Positions 52,969 through 61,711 of a stretch of DNA of 64,000 nucleotides are shown here, piece by piece. The first letter of the stretch is position 1, and the number at the start of each line of letters is the position of its first letter. The DNA comes from an uncultured Ruminococcus sp. (GTDB lineage Bacteria; Bacillota; Clostridia; Oscillospirales; Acutalibacteraceae): contig CAJUGO010000003.1 in assembly GCA_910585865.1 (NCBI GenBank), forward strand, positions 32,924-96,923. Direction: 5' to 3'. A program made the position numbers and the translations under genes. The notes under the pieces were generated by a model. The model ran no database searches. It was not told where the DNA came from and worked only from the letters and a program-made list of their open reading frames with translations.

Positions 52969-53862
52969 TTGGACGAGAATAAAGATATTTTAACTTCTGA
53001 GATTGAAGTAGAGAATAACGAGAATTCCGACACAGATACAGTTACAGAGATTTTGGAACAGGATAATTTTGAGGTTGAGAATTTAGATTCAGATTTTACT
53101 GAAACTGATGATGCAGAAACTAATTTAAGTGATAATTCTAAAAAGAAAAACAGGGTAATTCAGCTTCCGATTGTTATTGCTTTTGTTCTGGTTGCAGTAT
53201 CTGCAGTGTGTTTATTTGTTTTTAAAGGATTTTTTGATAAGAGTGTTGTAGGCACATGGGCTGAAACGGCAGTATCTTCAGAGGCAACCGGAGATGAGGC
53301 TCAAAAAATAGAACAATACTATACTTTTGAAAGCGATGGAAAAATGTCGCTTCAAACAGGTACAATGACTTGGGTGGGTGAATACACAGTAACCACTTCC
53401 GAAGAGGGAAAAAGTCAGCTTAATATTACTATGAACCAAAGTCAGAATATCTTTGACTTTGATGTAAGCGGTAATATTTTTACTGGCAGAACTTTAACAC
53501 TCACAAATACATATAATGATTACAGTGTAAAATTAGGTGCTACTTCTGTTAAAACACCTGAGCTCAAAGTTGACAAAGACTTTAAGGCAAATGATAAGCT
53601 CTGCGGTACATGGACATATGACCAAGGATTAAGCAAGATGAGCTATACTTTTAATAATGACGGTACAGTTTTAGTTAATCAGGCAGATATGCTCTTTGTT
53701 GAGGGCGTATATACATATACTGATAAATTAATCGAAATTAAATACTACTATGATTCAGAGGAGACAATGGACATATCCTATACAGTTGAGGACAATGCTT
53801 TGAATCTTAATGATATTAAATTCGAGAAGGACAATGGAGAAAAAAGCGAAAAGTCCGAATAA
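52969..53862 (+). CDS. Hypothetical membrane-anchored protein (acidic N-terminus, one TM, repeated 'GTW...Y.F..DG' lipocalin-like segments)
   Basis: TTG start 8 nt after AAGGAGG. TM 'IVIAFVLVAVSAVCLFVF'. No family assigned. Confidence 0.5.
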   Translation: MDENKDILTSEIEVENNENSDTDTVTEILEQDNFEVENLDSDFTETDDAETNLSDNSKKKNRVIQLPIVIAFVLVAVSAVCLFVFKGFFDKSVVGTWAETAVSSEATGDEAQKIEQYYTFESDGKMSLQTGTMTWVGEYTVTTSEEGKSQLNITMNQSQNIFDFDVSGNIFTGRTLTLTNTYNDYSVKLGATSVKTPELKVDKDFKANDKLCGTWTYDQGLSKMSYTFNNDGTVLVNQADMLFVEGVYTYTDKLIEIKYYYDSEETMDISYTVEDNALNLNDIKFEKDNGEKSEKSE

Positions 53863-53921
53863 AATATAATATTATATACCAATAATCTTACTGAGAAAAT
53901 ATTTCGGCGATTATTGGTATT

Positions 53922-53965
53922 AAGGCAGCAACGGGTTTATCCGTTGTTGCCTTTTTGTGTTTTTA
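53922..53965 (+). terminator. Rho-independent terminator
   Basis: 13-bp stem aaggcagcaacgg / ccgttgttgcctt followed by TTTGTGTTTTT. Preceded by a second 12-bp hairpin (53876-53920). Confidence 0.75.
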
Positions 53966-54003
53966 GGGGAAGTGAATATAAATCACGGCATGGTGTGGTG
54001 TCA

Positions 54004-55323
54004 ATGAAACAGATAATATCCTTGTTACTTATATTGATTACACTGGTATTTTCGGCAATCGGTACAATTTATGCCGCAACAGAATATGACATAGATATCC
54101 TTGGCGGATGTAATAATATATATTACGACAGCAACCGTCAGGGAGCGTTTGCATGTGGATTCAGCGGAAATACAGTGTATTCTGTGAAAGTGATGCCCGA
54201 ATATGTTTCAAGATATGTCACTGTTAATGGAAGCATAAAATCCGTGAGTCAAAGTGGGAAATATACATATGCACTTATTTGCAAAGATGTAATTACAAAT
54301 TCCTATGATTTGCTGGAACTTAATATGGATAATGGAAATTGTAAATATTATAAAATAAAAAATGAACGTGATATAGTTACAAAATATTTTTCTGTTTCTG
54401 ACGGCTATGTATTTTTTATTAATACTGATGATTTGTTTTCTTATGTAAAATGTATTAATTTGGTTAACGGAAAAGTAAATACTTATAGGTTTGATATAAA
54501 TGTAAACAGACTTTTTAATAATAACGGCAAAACATATGCTGTCCTTTATGACGGTTCAGTATTTAACCTGACAAGTACTTATAAAAGTTTTTGTACAGTT
54601 ATTAATTCTGACTCTAAAATCAGTAACGCAGGTGTTGATAAAATCTATACAAATGACGGTATAATTATTTCATTAACGGATGGGAAACGCAGTAATACAG
54701 GGAACGCTGACAAGGATTGTGTTTCAGTAAGCGGAAATAAAACCTACTATGCAGTTCACAGTACGGCATATTGTTTATTAAAGGGAAATTCAAGATCATG
54801 TTCATTAAGTGCAAAGGCAAAAGCTGTTCTGTCATATTCTGATTGGTCGGCAATAATTACCGCAGATGGAAAATGTACTGTTTTATCCGAAAACGAATAT
54901 AAATCATATTCATTTTCAGATAATAAAAATAACAATAATGATAATTTTATAAAATCAAAATACATAATTAATTCAGACGGGATACTATGCTCAGTCGAAA
55001 GCGGAACAAAGGTATCAGATTTTAAAAAGAATTTTTTATCATCTGTAAATGTATGTGACAGCAAAGGAAATATTGTTACAAGCGGAAAGATGAAAACAGG
55101 TTATAAAGTTAAATACAACGGTAATGATTATTTAGTTGCAGTAAAAGGCGATGTAACAGGAGAGGGAAATGTAAAATCGAATGATGTTACAAAGCTTATG
55201 GACTACTTTGTTAACAGATTGGATTTTTCAGCTGTATTTAAAGCCGCTGCTGATTATAACCTTGACGGCAATGTTGACAATAAGGATCTTGTGCTTATAT
55301 CAAGGTGCTTTGCGGTACAATAG
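54004..55323 (+). CDS. Secreted dockerin-containing protein of unknown function
   Basis: Signal peptide 'MKQIISLLLILITLVFSAIGTIYA', then about 380 aa with no recognised domain, then a C-terminal dockerin. Start set to ATG 54004 because the ORF-track extension runs through the upstream terminator. Confidence 0.7.
   Translation: MKQIISLLLILITLVFSAIGTIYAATEYDIDILGGCNNIYYDSNRQGAFACGFSGNTVYSVKVMPEYVSRYVTVNGSIKSVSQSGKYTYALICKDVITNSYDLLELNMDNGNCKYYKIKNERDIVTKYFSVSDGYVFFINTDDLFSYVKCINLVNGKVNTYRFDINVNRLFNNNGKTYAVLYDGSVFNLTSTYKSFCTVINSDSKISNAGVDKIYTNDGIIISLTDGKRSNTGNADKDCVSVSGNKTYYAVHSTAYCLLKGNSRSCSLSAKAKAVLSYSDWSAIITADGKCTVLSENEYKSYSFSDNKNNNNDNFIKSKYIINSDGILCSVESGTKVSDFKKNFLSSVNVCDSKGNIVTSGKMKTGYKVKYNGNDYLVAVKGDVTGEGNVKSNDVTKLMDYFVNRLDFSAVFKAAADYNLDGNVDNKDLVLISRCFAVQ
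55150..55320 (+). other. Dockerin module
   Basis: 'GDVTGEGNVKSNDVTKLMDYF' and 'ADYNLDGNVDNKDLVLISR' duplicated Ca-binding segments. Confidence 0.7.
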
Positions 55324-55419
55324 CAGTTATAATCAATGAATGGTTATGAAAACAAAAAACATTTTTATTGTGAGTTAAGTTTCGGTGATTATCTGTTGTT
55401 ATGAGTATAAATAATAATA

Positions 55420-55467
55420 CCCCATATGATAAGCGAAATAATAAACGCCTGACATATGGGGTTTTTA
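55420..55467. terminator. Terminator between convergent genes
   Basis: 9-bp stem ccccatatg / catatgggg followed by TTTTT. The loop is long (24 nt). Confidence 0.5.
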
Positions 55468-55485
55468 TTATATTAAAAAAATGTA

Positions 55486-56061
55486 TTAAAGGGACTGTCT
55501 TTTTAATTTCCAGTCAAAAATATTATTCTTTTTAACCATAAATGCTTTATCTGCAAGATTTGCAAGCGGGGTGTCACTGTAACTGTCAGAATAAAAATTA
55601 TGAATTTGACTGTTAGGAAAAACTTCATAAAATCTTCTGACTTTTTCCTTACCATGACAGTTAATGCCGCTGTATTTATAATTTTCCGTACTGACTTCAG
55701 ATGCAATAAGATATTTTATACCCAGTTTTTTGCACATAGGTTCAAGCAAAAATTTCGGCGAGGCAGATATAATAACATCATCATCATTTTTTTGATTGAT
55801 ATAAAATTTCTTAATTTTGTTTTGATTTTTATTCCAGAAGTCATTGACATCTTTTTTAATGTCACAGTACTTGAGAAATCGGTACATTTTTTCTTTAAAA
55901 TCTGTTTTAGTACCAATTTTAAAAATATAAAATTTAATAGTTGATAGAATAAGAGAAGGAAACAGGAGCACAATCTTCTTGTGGCGTTTAAGTGAGAATA
56001 AATAGAAGTCAGCAGTTGAGTCTCCATTATAAATTGTGTTGTCAAAATCATAAACATTCAT
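55486..56061 (-). CDS. HAD-superfamily (subfamily IB-like) hydrolase
   Basis: Motif I 'VYDFDNTIYNGDS'. A late 'SDSYSD' Asp-rich motif. Confidence 0.7.
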   Translation of the reverse strand: MNVYDFDNTIYNGDSTADFYLFSLKRHKKIVLLFPSLILSTIKFYIFKIGTKTDFKEKMYRFLKYCDIKKDVNDFWNKNQNKIKKFYINQKNDDDVIISASPKFLLEPMCKKLGIKYLIASEVSTENYKYSGINCHGKEKVRRFYEVFPNSQIHNFYSDSYSDTPLANLADKAFMVKKNNIFDWKLKRQSL

Positions 56062-56215
56062 AAAATCTTCACTTCTCTTACACAGTTTTATTGCTTATGT
56101 GTCATATTATAATACTGTATTTTTGCATTTTCAAGTGCATTTTTGCTTTTATTGCATTTTATCAAAAACTGTAGTATAATTATAATGAGTAAATTTATAA
56201 TTAAGGAGAAAAACA

Positions 56216-57088
56216 GTGTTTGGTTATTTGCAGGTTCAGAAAAGTGAGCTTTTAGTTCGTGAGCTTGAAGCATATAAGGCAGTATATTGCGGACTTTGCA
56301 AACAAATGGGAAGAGATTATTCTTTTTTGACGCGGTTCAGTCTTAGTTATGACTGCACATTTTATGCTATGCTTCTTATGTCTTTGGATCGTTCCTGCAC
56401 TGGCTTTAAAGATGGCAGATGTACCTGTAATCCTATTAAGAAGTGTAAGTATGCGCTGTCTGACAGCGATTCTTACCATAAAGCGGCTGCTTTCTCTGTG
56501 ATATCTGTTTATTACAAATTAAAGGATGATATTTCTGACGGTAAATTTTTCAAAAAGCTTGCCTGCAGAATGTTAATGCCGCTTTTCTCACATTGGCGTA
56601 AAAATGCAGCAAAGAAATATTCTGATATTGATAAATTTGCAGAGCAAATGATGGATATGCAGTATGAAGCTGAGCACTGCAATGAAAGTTCAATTGATAT
56701 GTCAGCTCATCCTACTGCTTTTATGATTGCCAATCTTTTTTCGCTCGAAGCCAAAAACGAAACAGAGAAAAGAATATATTATGAATTTGGTTATCACATG
56801 GGAAGATGGATTTATCTTATTGATGCTGCAGACGATATAACTAAAGATATAAAAAACAATAATTTTAATCCTTTTGTCAATAGGAGAACAGGAGAAATCA
56901 AATCGGGAGAGTATATATCTTCAGTTCTTAATCAGTCTCTTGCACGTGCTTATGAAGCATATAATCTTATAGATATTGTGGATTTTAAAGGAATTTTAGA
57001 TAATATGATATTACTTGGGTTCCCAAATGTACAAAACAAAGTAACAGATAAAATTAATACGGAGGCTAATAATGAAAAATCCTTATGA
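56216..57088 (+). CDS. DUF5685-like protein with N-terminal Cys motifs
   Basis: GTG start 7 nt after AAGGAG. 'MFGYLQ...[16 protein letters not shown]', '[17 protein letters not shown]' and '[16 protein letters not shown]'. The family assignment is from memory. Confidence 0.55.
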   Translation: MFGYLQVQKSELLVRELEAYKAVYCGLCKQMGRDYSFLTRFSLSYDCTFYAMLLMSLDRSCTGFKDGRCTCNPIKKCKYALSDSDSYHKAAAFSVISVYYKLKDDISDGKFFKKLACRMLMPLFSHWRKNAAKKYSDIDKFAEQMMDMQYEAEHCNESSIDMSAHPTAFMIANLFSLEAKNETEKRIYYEFGYHMGRWIYLIDAADDITKDIKNNNFNPFVNRRTGEIKSGEYISSVLNQSLARAYEAYNLIDIVDFKGILDNMILLGFPNVQNKVTDKINTEANNEKSL

Positions 57089-57692
57089 GATACTGGGAGT
57101 ATCTGAAAACGCAACAGATGAAGAAATAAAAACTGCGTACAGAAATCTGGCTAAAAAATATCACCCTGATAATTACACTGACAGTCCGCTTGTTGATATA
57201 GCTGAAGAGAAAATGAAAGAAATCAATGCGGCATACGATGAAATAAACCAGATGAGAAATAAGGGCAGAGGCAGCGGATCTAACAACAGTAGCTACAATT
57301 CAGCAGGTTACGGCAGCACATCATCTTCTCAGTTTTATAATGTCAGAATTTATATTCAGCGAAACATGATAGATCAGGCAGAGCAAATTCTTGATACAAC
57401 GCCTCAAGGCAACAGAACGGCGGAATGGTTTTATCTTAAGGGAATGTGCGCTTTTCGCAAGGGATGGAATGAGCAGGCTTTTAATAACTTTACTACTGCC
57501 TGCAATATGGATCCGAACAATGCGGAATATCGTGCAGCGCTAAATAATATGCAAAATCAGAGAACATATAATTACGGAGGATACAATCAGTCAAATCCTA
57601 ATATCGGGGGATATAACTGTTCCTGTTGTGATATATGTGCGGGAATGATGTGTGCAGATTGTCTTTGTGACTGTTGCAGGGTTGGTTGTTAA
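57072..57692 (+). CDS. J-domain (DnaJ-like) protein with a TPR-like middle and a C-terminal cysteine string
   Basis: '[32 protein letters not shown]' (HPD present). C-terminus '[24 protein letters not shown]'. Confidence 0.85.
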   Translation: MKNPYEILGVSENATDEEIKTAYRNLAKKYHPDNYTDSPLVDIAEEKMKEINAAYDEINQMRNKGRGSGSNNSSYNSAGYGSTSSSQFYNVRIYIQRNMIDQAEQILDTTPQGNRTAEWFYLKGMCAFRKGWNEQAFNNFTTACNMDPNNAEYRAALNNMQNQRTYNYGGYNQSNPNIGGYNCSCCDICAGMMCADCLCDCCRVGC

Positions 57693-57694
57693 AG

Positions 57695-58249
57695 ATGAAA
57701 GGCAAAGGTATAAAAAAATCGACATTCCGTATCGCATTGTGCAGTATAGTGTCCGCATTGTCATTGGTATTAATGTTAATTACTGCACTTGTTCCGATAG
57801 GAACATATGCATTTCCATGCTTTGCAGGTGTTTTTATTGTTGCAATTGTCATAGAGTACGGATGTAAATGGGCTCTGGGTGTTTACGCGGTAGTGTCTGT
57901 CCTGTCACTTTTTTTTGTAGGAGACAAGGAGGCTGTGCTGTATTTTATAGCATTATTCGGTTACTATCCGATTTTAAAAGGAATAATAGAGGGTAAGCTG
58001 ACAAATAAGATTATGCAGTATTTTGCTAAATTTATTGTATTTAATGCTGCAGCAATAGGCTCTTTTTTTGCAGCGTTATCTTTGCTCTCAATTCCTGCTG
58101 AGGAATTCGAAATTTTAGGAGTTTATTTGCCTTGGGTGTTTCTTGCGGCCGGTAATATTTTCTTTTTAATCTACGATTACGCCGTAACTGTTTTTATAAT
58201 TCAGTATGTTCGGAGAATACGGGAGAGGCTTTTTAAGAATTCCCGGTAA
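57695..58249 (+). CDS. Hypothetical polytopic membrane protein (about 5 TM)
   Basis: ATG lies 2 nt after the J-protein stop. Hydrophobic segments run throughout, with a basic C-terminus 'VRRIRERLFKNSR'. No family assigned. Confidence 0.5.
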   Translation: MKGKGIKKSTFRIALCSIVSALSLVLMLITALVPIGTYAFPCFAGVFIVAIVIEYGCKWALGVYAVVSVLSLFFVGDKEAVLYFIALFGYYPILKGIIEGKLTNKIMQYFAKFIVFNAAAIGSFFAALSLLSIPAEEFEILGVYLPWVFLAAGNIFFLIYDYAVTVFIIQYVRRIRERLFKNSR

Positions 58250-58253
58250 TTTG

Positions 58254-58282
58254 TTGATTTATGACAGTAAAAATGATATAAT
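58254..58282 (+). promoter_or_regulatory. Sigma-A-type promoter (TTGATT, 17 nt, TGaTATAAT)
   Basis: -35 at 58254-58259 and extended -10 at 58274-58282. Upstream of the SH3b/lysozyme gene. Confidence 0.4.
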
Positions 58283-58346
58283 ATAATATTATAAATGAAA
58301 AAATAAAATTTTAAATTTACAAGAAGTTTTGAATGAAACAGGTGAT

Positions 58347-60824
58347 ATGATGAAACAGAAAATATTTATACGAATAATTTCTATCGTTCTCGCTGCTGTC
58401 CTGTTGTTATCTGTAGTATTTGTTGCGGTTACTTCACTGTCTGCAAATGCAGCCTTATTGTCCGATGAGTCGCAAACTACAGGTGCGCAGATTGAACCTG
58501 ATGAGTCAATAGGCGCAAGTTCATCAGGTAACGCAAGCGGATACATTAATGCGGATTATGTAAATCTCCGCAGCGGTGCAGGCACAAATTATTCAGTTGT
58601 GATTTGCATGAGAAAGAATACTAAGTTTACATTTGTCAGTACTACTTTGTATAATAAAAACTGGTATAAAATAAAACTTAATGACGGCAAGACCGGCTAT
58701 GTACATAAAGATTATGCAAAAAAAGATTCTGTGTCCACAACAAATCCGCCATCGTCGTCTTCTGCAACAGGATATGTTACTGACGATTATGTGAATCTTC
58801 GCAGCGGTGCAGGTACAAATTACTCGGTTATAACCTGTATGAGAAAAAATACTAAGTTTACATTTGTCAGTACTTCACTGTATAGCACAAACTGGTATAA
58901 GATAAAACTTAATGATGGTAAGACAGGCTATGTACATAAAGATTATGTAAAAAAAGACTCTGTGTCCACGACAAATCCGCCATCGTCGTCTTCTGCAACA
59001 GGATATGTTACTGACGATTATGTGAATCTTCGCAGCGGTGCAGGTACAAATTACTCGGTTATAACCTGTATGAGAAAAAATACTAAGTTTACATTTGTCA
59101 GTACTTCACTGTATAGCACAAATTGGTATAAGATAAAGCTTAATGATGGTAAGACAGGCTATGTGCATAAAGATTATGTGAAAAAAGACTCTGTGTCTAC
59201 GACAAATCCACCCGCAACGCAGCCATCAACAAATCCCTCTGTTCAGCCTACAACTGCACCTGTTTCAACAGGAAAAATAAGCCTGTCGGAAACAAGTAAA
59301 ACTATTTATAAAGGCAATGTATATGCGCTTACAGCAGTATGTTCCGGTTCAGTAAGCTGGAGCAGTTCGGATAAAAACGTTGCTACAGTATCAGGCGGTG
59401 TTGTTACTGCCAAGGAAAACGGTACTGCAACAATTACTGCAAAAAGCGGTTCTAATTCAGCATCATGCAAAATTACCGTAAAGACCGGATCATATGTACA
59501 CATATCAAATGCTAATGTTTCGATGAGGTGGGGCAAGTCTATAAGACTTCGTTCCAATACGAGCGGTGTTAAGTGGTCATCATCAAACAATAAAATTGCA
59601 ACGGTTAACAATGGTATTGTAGACACAAAAGGTAAGGGAAAAGCAACAATTACAGCATATACTTCGAGCGGTGCGGCTACTTGCCTCATTGATGTTATAG
59701 GTCGTGATAATATAAGGTTCTGCTATGCTTCACCTAACTCAGCCCCGCTTAATTCAACTGTAACTTTTAAAGCTGTTACGGATACAGACAGAAATGCTGT
59801 TAGATTTGTCGTATCAAACGGTTCAACATCATATACTGTCGAAGCAAATAAGAAAACAAAAGATGGCAATAACTACATTTGGACAGGCTCGAAAGCTATT
59901 TCAAAGTCAGGCAAGTGGACTGTTAAAGCTTATGCAAAATACAAGACTTCAACTCAGTATCTTACAACTCCTGTAAACGGAGAAGGAGAAGTGTTTGTAA
60001 CAACATCAAGTGATAAGACAACTACGGTTTGCTCAGAACGCAGAGCAAGTGATGAAGTAATTAACCTTATTGCAAATTATGAAGGATTCTTGTCTTCGGT
60101 TACAGCAGACAGTATTACATCCGATCCTACACTAGGTTATGGCAAGGTTGTAACAGTGGGAGAACAGTTCTATAATAACCTTACTAAGAATGAAGCATAT
60201 GCTTATCTTTGTCAAACTGTTAATTCCGGGGGTTACACGACAAGGACGAATAAATATCTGCTTGATAATGGAGTGAAGTTCAACCAACGTCAGTTTGATG
60301 CACTTGTATGTTTTACATATAATGTAGGTGCAGGTGTTATTTACAACGATTCTGAAATTCAGTCAGTTTTGCTTAATACGGCAGGGGCTGGATCTTCTGC
60401 AGATGCTGGCAAGGCAGGTTATGTTAATTCTGACGGAGTAAATCTCAGAAGCGGAGCAGGTACAAATTATTCTGTGCTGACATGTATGTCGGCAAATACA
60501 AAGTTTACTTTTGTTGACGGTAAAGTGTATAATTCAAACTGGTATAAAATTAAACTTTCAAATGGTACTACAGGGTATATTTATAAGACATATGTTTCTG
60601 TATCAGGCGGTTCAAGAGATTTAAATAATATAAACAAACAGGATTATTTGGACGCATTTTTACAATATCATCATGCAGCTGGTTCCTGCTACTGGGGTCT
60701 CCTTTACAGAAGGATAGATGAGGCAGAAGTATTTTTCTATGGTGATTATGACCGTGACGGCGAATATAACTATAATCATTTTTCTTTCGCCTGCTATGCA
60801 AACAAAAACTTTAAAATAGGTTAA
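58347..60824 (+). CDS. Large secreted cell-wall hydrolase-like protein: signal anchor, 3 SH3b, PT linker, 2 Big_2-like Ig domains, unknown domain, GH24-like lysozyme domain, 4th SH3b
   Basis: SH3b 'YVNLRSGAGTNYSV...NWYKIKLNDGKTGYVHKDY' three times plus 'VNLRSGAGTNYSVLTCM...NWYKIKLSNGTTGYIYKTY'. Big_2-like 'SWSSSDKNVATVSGGVVTAKENGTATITA'. Lysozyme-like 'VINLIANYEGF...DPTLGYG...FNQRQFDALVCFTYNVGAG'. Confidence 0.75.
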   Translation: MMKQKIFIRIISIVLAAVLLLSVVFVAVTSLSANAALLSDESQTTGAQIEPDESIGASSSGNASGYINADYVNLRSGAGTNYSVVICMRKNTKFTFVSTTLYNKNWYKIKLNDGKTGYVHKDYAKKDSVSTTNPPSSSSATGYVTDDYVNLRSGAGTNYSVITCMRKNTKFTFVSTSLYSTNWYKIKLNDGKTGYVHKDYVKKDSVSTTNPPSSSSATGYVTDDYVNLRSGAGTNYSVITCMRKNTKFTFVSTSLYSTNWYKIKLNDGKTGYVHKDYVKKDSVSTTNPPATQPSTNPSVQPTTAPVSTGKISLSETSKTIYKGNVYALTAVCSGSVSWSSSDKNVATVSGGVVTAKENGTATITAKSGSNSASCKITVKTGSYVHISNANVSMRWGKSIRLRSNTSGVKWSSSNNKIATVNNGIVDTKGKGKATITAYTSSGAATCLIDVIGRDNIRFCYASPNSAPLNSTVTFKAVTDTDRNAVRFVVSNGSTSYTVEANKKTKDGNNYIWTGSKAISKSGKWTVKAYAKYKTSTQYLTTPVNGEGEVFVTTSSDKTTTVCSERRASDEVINLIANYEGFLSSVTADSITSDPTLGYGKVVTVGEQFYNNLTKNEAYAYLCQTVNSGGYTTRTNKYLLDNGVKFNQRQFDALVCFTYNVGAGVIYNDSEIQSVLLNTAGAGSSADAGKAGYVNSDGVNLRSGAGTNYSVLTCMSANTKFTFVDGKVYNSNWYKIKLSNGTTGYIYKTYVSVSGGSRDLNNINKQDYLDAFLQYHHAAGSCYWGLLYRRIDEAEVFFYGDYDRDGEYNYNHFSFACYANKNFKIG
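58539..59186 (+). repeat. Coding tandem repeat: three SH3b units, the last two (58725-58955 and 58956-59186) being 231-nt near-identical copies
   Basis: By my own base-by-base comparison the two 231-nt units differ at 6 positions, all synonymous. The encoded 77-aa units are identical in the ORF translation. Confidence 0.9.
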
Positions 60825-60842
60825 AAGTAAGAAGGTTAATTT

Positions 60843-61643
60843 ATGAAAAAGATAGGATTTATAGGCGCAGGAAATATGGCGACAGCCATAATAAAGGGAC
60901 TTATATCACAATACGGCGGAAAGTCAGACTTTATCAATGTTTTTGATTTAAGCGCCCAAAAGTGCGACATTATGAAGGATATGGGTGCAAATGTTTTCAA
61001 GAGTTGTGCTGAAGTAATTGAAAACAGTTCCATTATTGTTCTTGCGGTTAAGCCTCAGAATTATGCAGAAGTTCTCGGCTCTGTAAAAGATGTAATTAAT
61101 ATTGATAAGACAATTGTTTCGATTGCAGCCGGAATATCTATTTCGTATGTTCAAAATATGCTTGGCTGTAACTGTCCGGTTGTGCGTGTAATGCCAAACA
61201 CTCCTTTGCTCTTGAAAAAAGGAGCATCTGCACTTTGTCCATCAGAAAATATAAGTGATGAAGACAGAGATATTGTATATAATATGTTTGCAGGCAGCGG
61301 TGTATGTGAGTACATTACCGAGGAGCATATGAATGAAATTATAGCAGTCAATGGCAGCAGTCCTGCTTATATTTATCTTTTTGCTAAAGCTATGGCTGAC
61401 TATGCTGAAAACTGCGGTATTGATTATAAACAGGCGATGAACCTTATTTGTGCAGTGTTTGAGGGTTCTGCTGCAATGCTGAGAGACAGCGGTGACAGTG
61501 CAGATGTTCTTATAGAAAAGGTAAGCTCAAAAGGAGGAACAACAATTGCTGCTCTTGAAAGGCTTAAAGAGCATGGTTTTTATGAAGCAATTTTGGACGC
61601 TATGGATGCCTGCACAAAAAGAGCAGAAGAACTTGGTAAATAA
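60843..61643 (+). CDS. proC: Pyrroline-5-carboxylate reductase
   Basis: 'MKKIGFIGAGNMATAIIKG', 'VRVMPNTP' and 'VSSKGGTTIAAL'. Confidence 0.9.
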   Translation: MKKIGFIGAGNMATAIIKGLISQYGGKSDFINVFDLSAQKCDIMKDMGANVFKSCAEVIENSSIIVLAVKPQNYAEVLGSVKDVINIDKTIVSIAAGISISYVQNMLGCNCPVVRVMPNTPLLLKKGASALCPSENISDEDRDIVYNMFAGSGVCEYITEEHMNEIIAVNGSSPAYIYLFAKAMADYAENCGIDYKQAMNLICAVFEGSAAMLRDSGDSADVLIEKVSSKGGTTIAALERLKEHGFYEAILDAMDACTKRAEELGK

Positions 61644-61711
61644 GTTTTCATAAAATAAAAGCATTCTACATAAGATTTAGAAGGACAACCTAAATCGAAA
61701 GGAATGTTTTT

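Noticed and set aside
58539-59186. Regularly spaced repeats that might suggest a CRISPR array
   Set aside because: The repeat unit is 231 nt with no spacers, lies in frame inside a long CDS, and encodes SH3b domains. No short repeat/spacer array or cas gene exists anywhere in the window.
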